From NCBI RefSeq assembly GCF_001194135.2, contig NC_068990.1:27492480-27528332 (forward strand): a DNA stretch of 35,853 nt, read 5' to 3'. The stretch comes from Octopus bimaculoides. Taxonomy: Eukaryota. The position numbers were made by a program, and so were the translations under genes. Below, piece by piece: positions 8,991 to 19,971 of this stretch. Position 1 is the stretch's first letter. Every line of letters starts with the position of its first letter. The notes below the pieces were generated by a model. That model was not told the DNA's origin and did not search any database. It saw nothing but the letters and a program-made list of their open reading frames with translations.

Positions 8991-10295
8991 ATTACACATT
9001 GATTTGTGTGTGTATGAGTATATATGCCTGCATAGTTTCAAGTAAATAAATACATATGTATACATATATGGCAGCCAACAGTGTTTTTTTTTTGGCAAAA
9101 TAGGGGTAGTTTATCCTGTTCATGCAATATTATAAACATTATCCTGCGTTTGAGAATTAAAAAAAAAATTACTTCTGTAATATATATATATAATAAAGTA
9201 AAGTTGTGGAATACCGTACGAGTGGAAATATATATGAATGAATGTTTGAAAATGCACTTATTTTTAAAAATATTTATTTACTTAACCGGTTTCACTTTTT
9301 TAGAAAAAGATTATCAAAAGTTTTTGAGAATAATAGAAATGTTAAAAAACAGTTTGAGTATTAAAATGCATATATACATTCTTTGATGATAAAATATATT
9401 TAAAGTATAAAGCTTTGTATGAACTTTGTAGTGTTACATACTGATTATCACACATTCTCTGATAATANNNNNNNNNNNNNNNNNNNNNNNNNNNNNNNNN
9501 NNNNNNNNNNNNNNNNNNNNNNNNNNNNNNNNNNNNNNNNNNNNNNNNNNNNNNNNNNNNNNNNNNNNNNNNNNNNNNNNNNNNNNNNNNNNNNNNNNNN
9601 NNNNNNNNNNNNNNNNNNNNNNNNNNNNNNNNNNNNNNNNNNNNNNNNNNNNNNNNNNNNNNNNNNNNNNNNNNNNNNNNNNNNNNNNNNNNNNNNNNNN
9701 NNNNNNNNNNNNNNNNNNNNNNNNNNNNNNNNNNNNNNNNNNNNNNNNNNNNNNNNNNNNNNNNNNNNNNNNNNNNNNNNNNNNNNNNNNNNNNNNNNNN
9801 NNNNNNNNNNNNNNNNNNNNNNNNNNNNNNNNNNNNNNNNNNNNNNNNNNNNNNNNNNNNNNNNNNNNNNNNNNNNNNNNNNNNNNNNNNNNNNNNNNNN
9901 NNNNNNNNNNNNNNNNNNNNNNNNNNNNNNNNNNNNNNNNNNNNNNNNNNNNNNNNNNNNNNNNNNNNNNNNNNNNNNNNNNNNNNNNNNNNNNNNNNNN
10001 NNNNNNNNNNNNNNNNNNNNNNNNNNNNNNNNNNNNNNNNNNNNNNNNNNNNNNNNNNNNNNNNNNNNNNNNNNNNNNNNNNNNNNNNNNNNNNNNNNNN
10101 NNNNNNNNNNNNNNNNNNNNNNNNNNNNNNNNNNNNNNNNNNNNNNNNNNNNNNNNNNNNNNNNNNNNNNNNNNNNNNNNNNNNNNNNNNNNNNNNNNNN
10201 NNNNNNNNNNNNNNNNNNNNNNNNNNNNNNNNNNNNNNNNNNNNNNNNNNNNNNNNNNNNNNNNNNNNNNNNNNNNNNNNNNNNNNNNNNNNNNN

Positions 10296-10330
<35 letters not shown>

Positions 10331-10663
10331 TATCCTTCATCAATGCGCTTTTGCAAATGTCACACACGCATAAATACGCAGTGTGTGTGTCTTATGTGGT
10401 GTTGGCTATGATACATCAACGATAGAGATAATCTGTGAGAAGTCCCTTGAGATATCCTTACACTATCGAGTTACATAATTCCATTTGTCATGCTTTCTGT
10501 CAGAAAGGCAGTAGACCAGTGATTGTTCTATTGGTAACATGAACTCAGTATCCAAAGATACTAATGTTCGCTAATTGGGATATATATATATATATATAAA
10601 TATGAAATAAAAACAAATGTATAAATGGCAAGCAAAAATATATTAATAGCAAAATATATTACA

Positions 10664-10739
10664 TACGAGGTCTGATCAATAAGTTTCCGGTATTAAGGAA
10701 GGATAGGAAAATATTAGGCTTATAAGCCCTAAAATTCAC

Positions 10740-10812
<73 letters not shown>

Positions 10813-10817
10813 TTAAT

Positions 10818-10869
<52 letters not shown>

Positions 10870-10960
10870 GAGTCAAAATTAAAAGAAAAGTGCCATTTGC
10901 TATCTTGCGAACAATATTTCGACATCTCGCGTGTCTTCCACTGGTTCAAAAAATAAATTT
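10664..10960. mobile_element. Solo mariner-type terminus interrupted by (AAT)n
   Basis: TACGAGGTCTGATCAATAAGT at 10664-10684 is identical to the first 21 nt of the TIR of the 175-1072 element; (AAT)n runs ~10741-10868. The partner TIR is not found. Confidence 0.6.
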
Positions 10961-11006
10961 GTCAATCTACTTCATTTTGGTTAATATNNNNNNNNNNGTA
11001 TATATG

Positions 11007-11044
<38 letters not shown>

Positions 11045-11229
11045 AATACATATATATCTGTGAGTGAGTGTGTGTGTGTTTTTATACACATGTGTATTAC
11101 ACTTCACTATGTCAGCAATGTTATGTCTCCCAGACGTAGACAAGTGTCCCAACATGTTCTTAGAAAGAAGAGAAAACCCCCACTGCCAAAATAACAAAAC
11201 AAAACATCACAAAATCTAGTAATAATAAC

Positions 11230-11265
<36 letters not shown>

Positions 11266-11275
11266 NNNNNNNNNN

Positions 11276-11307
<32 letters not shown>

Positions 11308-11432
11308 TTAACATCGAAAAATACCCTAGTCGATAAGTTGTGTTAACAACAAACAAGATGTGGACAAATATCCGCCAAATGTAAATGATGTAAATAATGT
11401 ACATAATTCCTCATCTCTTAAATATAGAACTG
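11308..11432 (+). mobile_element. Family D SINE tail with hammerhead core deleted
   Basis: After (AAT)n: AACATCGAAAAATACC...GTTGTGTTAACAACAAACAAGATGTGGACAAATATCC...AATTCCTCATCTCTTAAATATAGAACTG, matching the 7895-8043 tail and the reverse complement of 7604-7680. Confidence 0.8.
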
Positions 11433-11580
11433 AAGTATTCGGATTGTTGCCATAGGAACGAGGCTAAAGAACGCGTAGTGAAGTCGCTTGGCATTGATTG
11501 ATCTTGACCATTGCTGTGCTTGCGCGCTACGTTTTAACCTTCTAGCTCACATCCATTGTTTACAGCAGTGCTTGGAAGGC
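11433..11580. mobile_element. Fragment of the same mariner family as 175-1072
   Basis: AAGTATTCGGATTGTTGCCATAGGAACGAGGCTAAAG...GTGAAGTCGCTTGG...TTGTTTACAGCAGTGCTTGGAAGG aligns by eye with 191-338. Confidence 0.8.
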
Positions 11581-11584
11581 TGCG

Positions 11585-11840
11585 TGTTGTGCTCTTGAGA
11601 AAGACACTTTATTTCACGTTGCTCCAGTTCACTCAGTTGTAGAAATGAGTTGTGACGTCACATGTGCCAAGCTATATCGGCCCCTTTGTCTTTCCCTTGG
11701 ATAACATCAGTGGTGTGGAGAGAGGAGGCTGGTATGCATGGGTGACTGGTCTTCCATAAACAACCTTGCTCGGGCTTGTGCCTGAGAGGGTAACTTTCTA
11801 GGTGCAATCCCATGGTCATTCGTGACCGAAGGGGGTCTCC
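11585..11840 (+). mobile_element. SINE body fragment (family C-related)
   Basis: CACTTTATTTCACGTTGCTCCAGTTCACTCAG...AAATGAG; the CACTTxATTTCACGTTG block recurs reverse-complemented at ~25190-25215. Family assignment rests on pattern recognition. Confidence 0.55.
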
Positions 11841-12133
11841 GATACATTTATTATACACACATATATTTGTTGTCAATCTTCGACGCCGTTTCCCTTCTAC
11901 GAAGGTCGCTCAGAAAGGAAAGTCGAAATGGAGGTATAACAGAAGAACAAACTTGCAACAGACGTTGCGCAGAAGGACCGAACCCATGAACTATTTGTTA
12001 CAGACCATACTTTTCGACTACAGCCATATCTGTGTGTGTATATGTTGTAAAAATTGGATTGTGTTAGTGCTTCTTAATGGGAAGTCAACTCTTATTGAGT
12101 ATGTCTATTATCAAGGATGTTCTATCCATGAGT

Positions 12134-12335
12134 GGAGGGGCAATGGCCCAGTGGTAAGGGCAGCGGACTCGCGGTCATAAGATTGCAGTTTCGATTCCCA
12201 GACCGGGCGTTGTGAGTGTTTATTGAGCGAAAACAAGCCTTGTCACAATCTGTGTCACACTGAATATCCCCGAGAACTACGTTAAGAGTACATGTGTCTG
12301 TGGAGTGCACAGCCACTTGCACGATAATTCCATGA
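12134..12335 (+). mobile_element. tRNA-headed SINE family C copy
   Basis: TGGCCCAGTGGTAAGGGCAGCGGACTCGCGGTCATAAGATTGCAGTTTCGATTCCCAGACCGGGCG matches the head at 6988. Confidence 0.8.
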
Positions 12336-13349
12336 GCTGAAGCGACGGTGTGCCAACGGACGATTCTATCCATGAATTTCGCATTTTGTATCAAACTGCT
12401 GGGCGGGGACTTAAGACGGAAATAGCTGCTATTTCTAGCAGTTAGTATAAACACTTACAGGCCCTAATTCTTCTTTTCTTTGCCTATTATATTATGAGCA
12501 TCCATTTCCAAAATGGGCGACAACATTACATGTTTTTAATAAATCGTTAGATGTGAAATGATAACTTGGATATTCATTCATAATACATTCCGGCAGGTTC
12601 GAGCGGAAGTATGCCAATCGCTGGTGTATCATCACAGGAAAGCAGTTTATCCTTTCTGGCCACTATGCATTCATAACACTCGATCGATTCATCACTGCAA
12701 GGAAATCTGGGTAACCGGTGTCTCGGCGCGTGTCTCCTCAATTAGAAGTACCCGGACCGATGGCCTTCGGGGAACCAACATTTTGCTGAGCTCTTCTGAT
12801 ATCAATCAAAGGTTAATAAATCGTCTTTGTCCTCTTTTAACCAAACTATTCGGGGAAATTGTGTTTGCAGTCCTTACAAGTTTAGACCACACTGTTAGGT
12901 CTTCATTGATAAGTTCTGATTATTGCAAGTCTTAATCTCCACGTTTCTGCTTGGTGTGATAAGATATGTAGTCAAAAGCAGATGTTTCTCTTTCTTCGCG
13001 TACCCCCGCATTATTAGTGCAAAGATAATATTTACCTTCGAATGGTGTCTCTATCCATAAGTACACTACACTTCACGTTGCTCTTATGCTCTTCTGCAGA
13101 CAGGCATATCAAAGAATAGACCCAACTTTTCCACTACGTATCGCAAGAAGCAACTAACAGAAATTGGGGTAGGATTTGCACTCCGACCTCATAAAACCCT
13201 CGCCGGCAACAGCTACCCAACACAGATCCATGGGTCGGAGGGTTTTCGCCTGAGTGGTGCAAAGGTATCATCTGCCAGTTGTAGGGAATCACCAACAGAT
13301 GCCAGATGCAACAACGCACTGTTGTAACTCATACCTCCCATCCTGCCTC

Positions 13350-13402
13350 TGCTGCTACTGCTTCTGCTACTGCTGCTGCTACTGCTGGTGCTGCAGCTAC
13401 TG

Positions 13403-13448
<46 letters not shown>

Positions 13449-13480
13449 CACCACGACCACCACCAACAACAGCACGACTG

Positions 13481-13533
<53 letters not shown>
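13350..13533. repeat. Compound trinucleotide microsatellite (CTG/CTA/CCA/CAA)n
   Basis: Directly visible; generates the poly-S, poly-T, poly-Y and poly-L ORFs in the track. Confidence 0.95.
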
Positions 13534-13534
<1 letters not shown>

Positions 13535-14186
13535 ATCGTTTGTCGTCTTTTCGTAGCGCCCAGCTGTAGCAATATAATTTATGTCGACGATGATAAAAGT
13601 TACTTCATATCATACTTCATTTCATGTCCTTTCGACAGTTGGGTTGTTTCTGCGGACCAAGATGTCTTATCCGCTCCATCATCCAAATGTATCTTATATA
13701 TATCTACATTACATTCTCTAACCATTCATACTGGTAAACATATTCCATTGATGTGCTCTCTTGGATGAAGAATTCTGACAGGCAAAGCGTTTACATTGTG
13801 TTTCTATCCAGTTGGCAGAAATTCCTCACAGGACTAACATTTTACTTTGAAGCTGTCACAATCCTGATGGCACCAATTCAATTATTGGTGTTCAACTCGG
13901 AATTTACGATTACTTTTACATGCGATAGAATTACAGTTCCAATCTCTCTGGAACTCGCTGATATTAAGGTGCTTATCTCCGTTCTCTTCTCATCGTGAAT
14001 GCAGTTATCATCTATTATACATTTTTGCTCTCAAATTGCATCCTACTATTTTCACTATACGTTTCACTTGGCAGTACAAATTTATTAATTTACTAGTGTT
14101 CTTTATATCATATAGTTATCAGTCACCATACATACATACATACATACATACATACATACATACATACAGAAAATTATATTACATAC

Positions 14187-14318
14187 ATGTGAGAAGGGAT
14201 GACCACTAAGTGGACATCCTTTACGCCAGAAATCGACTATCAACGGTCTGTGGTTTGACAGTTGATGGTCGATTTCTAGCGTAAAGGATGTCCACTTAGA
14301 AGTCATCCCTTCTCACAT
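14187..14318. mobile_element. 132-bp palindromic MITE-like hairpin
   Basis: Arms ATGTGAGAAGGGATGACCACTAAGTGGACATCCTTTACGCCAGAAATCGACTATCAAC (14187-14244) and 14261-14318 are reverse complements at 54 of 58 positions, around a 16-nt spacer. Confidence 0.8.
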
Positions 14319-14340
14319 AAATGTACGCACACACGCACGC

Positions 14341-14433
<93 letters not shown>

Positions 14434-14473
14434 CGTAAAGCTACATTTATATAAGTATATATATATATATATA

Positions 14474-15059
14474 TCTATACTATATATAAAACAGAGGTGT
14501 GTGTGTCATCGCTTTTCACGTGAAAAAGGCATCACTATTTACTTTCATACTTGTGATACATAAATAATTTGACCTCAGATAAATCTCAGGCTCTTCATTT
14601 GATTTTTTTTATCTCTAATTAAAAATAAATAATATTGCTTTATATTTAAGATTCACGTCTTTAAAAAGGTTTCTCAATGTCAACTTCCGGTACGGACGTG
14701 AAAAACGGCGACGTCTCTCACTCTCTACAACGATCAATTATTGAAACACATATTTACGAAGTTCATAAATTTCAATATTCCGTACAAGATAGTTTTTAAC
14801 GTGCTTTTATTTATACGATTTTTGGGCGTTCCATGTTCATCTCATATATTCTCACTCTCTCTCTCTCATTCACACACTCCAGGTTTGATTTCGTTCTGAA
14901 CTCGCACACTTCGTTAATTTCCGTAAATAAATTTTCTATTATTTTTCTTTTTTGGCACATGTGTGTTTCTGTATGTGTGTGAGTGAAGGGCTGTGCTGTG
15001 ATGTCTACGTACATACATAAATACATATGCATGCATCTTTTCTGTGTGTATATCTGCAC

Positions 15060-15109
<50 letters not shown>

Positions 15110-16799
15110 GAGATGTTTCAGTGACTCTCTCTCTCTCTCACACATACGTACAAGAAATGTATGACTATTTATGTATGTACGTATAATTGTTGACACACCC
15201 CTTCACTGGCTCTGTCTGTCTGTCTGTCTGACTGTCTGTCTGTCTGACTGTCTGTCTGTCTGTCTCTGTCTCGCTGTCTCTCTCTCTCTCACACACACAC
15301 AGCACACGCGNNNNNNNNNNNNNNNNNNNNNNNNNNNNNNNNNNNNNNNNNNNNNNNNNNNNNNNNNNNNNNNNNNNNNNNNNNNNNNNNNNNNNNNNNN
15401 NNNNNNNNNNNNNNNNNNNNNNNNNNNNNNNNNNNNNNNNNNNNNNNNNNNNNNNNNNNNNNNNNNNNNNNNNNNNNNNNNNNNNNNNNNNNNNNNNNNN
15501 NNNNNNNNNNNNNNNNNNNNNNNNNNNNNNNNNNNNNNNNNNNNNNNNNNNNNNNNNNNNNNNNNNNNNNNNNNNNNNNNNNNNNNNNNNNNNNNNNNNN
15601 NNNNNNNNNNNNNNNNNNNNNNNNNNNNNNNNNNNNNNNNNNNNNNNNNNNNNNNNNNNNNNNNNNNNNNNNNNNNNNNNNNNNNNNNNNNNNNNNNNNN
15701 NNNNNNNNNNNNNNNNNNNNNNNNNNNNNNNNNNNNNNNNNNNNNNNNNNNNNNNNNNNNNNNNNNNNNNNNNNNNNNNNNNNNNNNNNNNNNNNNNNNN
15801 NNNNNNNNNNNNNNNNNNNNNNNNNNNNNNNNNNNNNNNNNNNNNNNNNNNNNNNNNNNNNNNNNNNNNNNNNNNNNNNNNNNNNNNNNNNNNNNNNNNN
15901 NNNNNNNNNNNNNNNNNNNNNNNNNNNNNNNNNNNNNNNNNNNNNNNNNNNNNNNNNNNNNNNNNNNNNNNNNNNNNNNNNNNNNNNNNNNNNNNNNNNN
16001 NNNNNNNNNNNNNNNNNNNNNNNNNNNNNATGCATATGACAACACAGTTCTTGACTCACTTGCACTCTGTCTCTTACAAACACGCAAGCGCGCGCATACA
16101 CACGTGCGTCTTTGTAAATATGTTTGTATACATTTATGTATGTGTGTGCTTGTAAGAGACAGAGTTTGAGTGAGTCAAGGGGTGTGTGTGTGCGTATGTA
16201 TGTGTGTGAGATAGTGAGAGAGCGGTGTGTATGTAGTATTTACTCTCTCTCTCTCATACACANNNNNNNNNNCATGCATAAATATACATACATCTTTGGA
16301 TGTATGCATATGACAACACAGTTCTTGACTCACTTGCACTCTGTCTCTTACAAACACGCAAGCGCGCGCATACACACGTGCGTCTTTGTAAATATGTTTG
16401 TATACATTTATGTATGTGTGTGCTTGTAAGAGACAGAGTTTGAGTGAGTCAAGGGGTGTGTGTGTGCGTATGTATGTGTGTGAGATAGTGAGAGAGCGGT
16501 GTGTATGTAGTATTTACTCTCTCTCTCTCATACACACTCACACACACACTCACACAAAAAATAGAGAGTGAAGCTTTTTGCCGTTGTTACATCAATACCG
16601 GTAGTTGACATTGAGGAACCTTTTTAAAGAAGTGAATCTTAAATATAAAGCAATATTATTTATTTTTAATTAGAGATAAAAAATCAAATGAAGAGTGCCT
16701 AACATTTATCCGAGGTCAAATTATTCACGCATCACAAGTATGGAAGCGTTTGGTGAAGTCGATTACACACACATCTCTGTTTTATATATAGTATAGATT

Positions 16800-16833
<34 letters not shown>

Positions 16834-17220
16834 CACACGAACACACACACACACACACACATACTTCCATTTCATCTCATGTGTGATACTCTGTGTGTGT
16901 GCGTGCGCGTGCGTGTGTGCTTTCGTGTGTGCGTGAGGGGTTCCACAATCGCAATTTATTTCAATTACTCTTGTGAGGATATTCACGTAAATCATTTTTT
17001 TCATTTAATCCACATTTTAATTTTCGTAAAAGTTTCCAAGTACCAATGAGGCTTTTTGGCGCATCTTCAATTTTCCAATACATGGGAGGTGCCCAGTCAT
17101 CATTCATCTGAGAGTCCATCTACAGAATGTCCTCAGATTTCTATACAGCATATTTTGCTTTTTCCTTCCAGTATATAAGCAACAATTTCATTCCCGGGCA
17201 ACGCCGGGTTGCTCTGCTAG
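14474..17220 (+). mobile_element. Probable non-autonomous Helitron (or adjacent Helitron pieces), microsatellite-rich interior
   Basis: 5' end A|TCTATACTATATATAAAA at 14474. 3' GC hairpin CCCGGGCAACGCCGGG (17193-17208) followed by CTAG|T (17217-17221). Pairing of these two ends into one element is inferred across gaps. Confidence 0.6.
16563..16797 (-). mobile_element. Inverted second copy of the Helitron-like 5' terminus
   Basis: Reverse complement A|TCTATACTATATATAAAACAGAG...AATAATTTGACCTC...CTCTTCATTTGATTTTTTATCTCTAATTAAAAATAAATAATATTGCTTTATATTTAAGATTCAC aligns with 14474-14724. Confidence 0.8.
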
Positions 17221-17623
17221 TATATATNNNNNNNNNNNNNNNNNNNNNNNNNNNNNNNNNNNNNNNNNNNNNNNNNNNNNNNNNNNATATATATATATAT
17301 ATATATATACATATGCATATATACATACGTATATGTACATACTTACATCTGTACGTATATATATGCATATGTGGGCACATGACGTCACGAAACGTGTACA
17401 ACAAAAATATGAAGTACGAGTACATGGAATATGAACCATATTTTCGAACAACGAAAGACAAAAATGGAAAACAAGACAAACAATATAAAGAATGACCTTT
17501 CATCAGTTGTTAGCTGCTTTTCTACAGTCGTATTTCGAGCATTTGACAACAAGATACGCTTTCAATCAAACAGTTGCTTCCGCAAAGCAAATTAAATAAA
17601 ACATTTAAGAGAATAAGTAACAT

Positions 17624-18030
17624 AGGCACAGGCGTTGCTGTGTGGTAAGAAGCTTGCTTTCCAACCACATGGTTCTGGGTTCAGTCCCACAGTGTGGCTA
17701 CCTTGGGCAAGTGTCTCTTCTACTATAGCCTTGGGCTGAACAAAACCTTGTGAGTGGATGTGGTAGATGGAAACTAAAAGAAGCGCGTCGTATATATATA
17801 TCTGTACTATGTATGTATATGAGTGTCTGTGTATTTGTGTGCCTGTGTTTGATCCCCACCATCACTTGACACCCGATGTTGGTGTGTTTACGTCCCTGTA
17901 ACTTAGTGGTTCGGCAAAAGTTGCCGATAGAATAAGAACTGGGGTTACAAAGAATAAGTCCTGGTGTCAATTTGTTCGACTAAAGGAGGTGCCGCTGTTA
18001 AATGACTGAAACACAGAATAAAAGAATAAA
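17624..18030 (+). mobile_element. tRNA-headed SINE family B with CORE-like block and internal microsatellite
   Basis: Head GGCGTTGCTGTGTGGTAAGAAGCTTGCTTTCCAACCACATGGTTCTGGGTTCAGTCCCAC, then CCTTGGGCAAGTG, internal (TA)/(TG)n, then AACTTAGTGGTTCGGCAAAA. A homologous copy lies at 34270-34620. Confidence 0.85.
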
Positions 18031-18162
18031 AAAAAAATTATCATTTAAAAACAGCATTAATGACGAATACCGTTTCCTTCACAGCAGCCATGATGTTATA
18101 TTCTTCGAGTTTTCGTTTCATTCACTGATTATAAAATCATGAATTGCAAAATTATATTTATT

Positions 18163-18325
18163 GCTCACTTGGTCCAATCATTGGACTGTGTATCATCGTC
18201 TTGAAGGGATTTTGTTGAGCGAATCCACCCTAATACTTAATTTCTGAGGTCTGGAACTTGGTTCTATCGTATTCTTTTACCGAACGACTAAGTTATGTAT
18301 ATAAGTTTACACACACACACACACA

Positions 18326-18383
<58 letters not shown>

Positions 18384-18435
18384 AGCACACATGACGAGTT
18401 TCTTTCTCTTTCCGTCTGTCAAATCCATCCACCAG
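18163..18435 (-). mobile_element. Degenerate SINE family B copy around a (CA)n run
   Basis: TTTTACCGAACGACTAAGTTA and TTTCCGTCTGTCAAATCCA are reverse complements of the family B blocks flanking the internal microsatellite. Confidence 0.7.
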
Positions 18436-18469
18436 TTTTTGAATTTTGATTTTTTATCGAGGCATTATC

Positions 18470-18790
18470 GAGTCAGGTTGATTGCTCGGGCCAGCCTGAC
18501 TAGCCCTGTTGAACTTGGCATCCAATATCTTCTGCAGGGTGTTGTATATACGTCTTCCCCTGGCCTTCCAGCCGCTGTGGTTCTATGGTTTGGTGTCCAC
18601 AGCAACAGATTACTCACAAGTTCTTGTATACTTCTCCAGCAGTGGCCAGCAAACCTTAATCTTTGCTCTTAGATGGTTGATGAGGAAGTTGGTACATTCC
18701 CACATAACCATTGTTTTTGATTCGCCTGGGTTAAAGGAGACATTTTCCGAAGGTGCCACACCTTGGGACTAAACTCAGCACCATAGTTTC
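18470..18790 (-). mobile_element. Decayed RTE-type LINE, ORF C-terminus
   Basis: Minus frame LCGNVPTSSSTI*EQRLRFAGHCWRSIQELVSNLLLWTPNHRTTAAGRP; RLRFAGHxxR...GRP is the post-RT motif of RTE-like LINEs. Confidence 0.75.
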
Positions 18791-19446
18791 GGAAAGGAAT
18801 TTTATAAATGCGTCTTTGTTATAAATCCCTGATTTACGTCGGACAAACTAATCACTTTTCATGTCTTCCAGATCTTTACGCTGTTAGTTTACATATTCCC
18901 GAAACCAACGTTGCTATCTATCTTCCCTTGTCGATTAAAATAAATAACGAATCAAATACTGGTGTGGATAGAATCATCATCTCCCCCTCTTCAAAGAATT
19001 CCTAGCCTTCTGCTTATATCAGAAAATATTATTAGCATTACATACATCAACCTTCAGAATCGCTAAAAGCATTTTTAGAGTGTTTGTATTTTCACTGAGT
19101 TCCTGTTTTTTTTATTCCATTCGGAATAGTATTTACAAGTTGGTGCGAATGTTAAACTGTGCCTAAATATTGTACAGCCACGCTACTTTCATAATTTAAA
19201 GACATTTATAGTCGTTAATTTGATTTGGCAGCCCTTGGTGGTGAACCAATTGACACAGTGCTATCGTTAATTCATATTTGGTATTCTCTTGACACACAGA
19301 AACAGCAGAATTTAGAACATATTTCGATGAACGAGGTTAATTTCTCTTGTTTAGGCCGATATCCCTAATTCGACAGTAGACTCTTCATACAGCTATTTTT
19401 ATTACATCGATTGCTTGAGTGGTTTATTATTATTATTATCATTATT

Positions 19447-19814
19447 AGGCGGCGGACTGGCAGAATAGTTAGTGCGCCGGACGAAATGCTTAGCCGCTAA
19501 ATTCTGAGTTCAAATTCCGCCGAGGTCGACTTTGCTTTTCATCCTTTCTGCGTCGATAAATTAGGTAGCAGTTGGTCTTTGGGGTCGATGTGATCGACTT
19601 ACTGCCGCCCCAAAAATTTCAGGCCTTGCGCTAACAGTAGAAAGGATTATTATTATTATTTTCATCATTATCATGAATTCCAAATGCTGCCAACGTCGAC
19701 TTTGACTTTCATCGTTTCGGGGTCGATTACATAAGTACCATTAACGCACTGGTGTCGATGTAATCGACTATCCACCTCCCGCAAATTTCAGGCCTTTTGC
19801 TTATAATTGAAAGG

Positions 19815-19906
<92 letters not shown>

Positions 19907-19970
19907 CTTCATCAATTCCAAATTCCGCCGACGTCGACTTTAGCTTTCATCTTTTCGGGGTTGAATCGAT
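19447..19970 (+). mobile_element. Three head-to-tail SINE family A copies separated by (ATT)n
   Basis: Full copy 19447-19646; 5'-truncated copies 19674-19815 and 19912-19970. All share GTCGACTTTxxCTTTCATCxTTTC. Confidence 0.9.
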
Positions 19971-19971
19971 T

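Noticed and set aside
13213-13768. Homopolymeric ORFs (poly-S/T/Y/L here; poly-N/I elsewhere, e.g. 7606, 10659, 19727, 25763-26856, 33771)
   Set aside because: They are translations of trinucleotide microsatellites with no flanking domain evidence.
13625-13998. Plus-strand two-exon model giving a hydrophobic peptide
   Set aside because: Several alternative frames are open, there is no recognisable motif, and such splice-like sites arise readily by chance in AT-rich DNA.
16030-16536. Apparent 233-bp direct repeat (16030-16262 vs 16304-16536)
   Set aside because: Identical copies on either side of a 10-N gap: overlapping contig ends, an assembly artefact.
19447-19970. CRISPR-like array of repeated units
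   Set aside because: Eukaryotic context, units of 60-200 bp homologous to dispersed SINEs, spacers are (ATT)n, and no cas genes.
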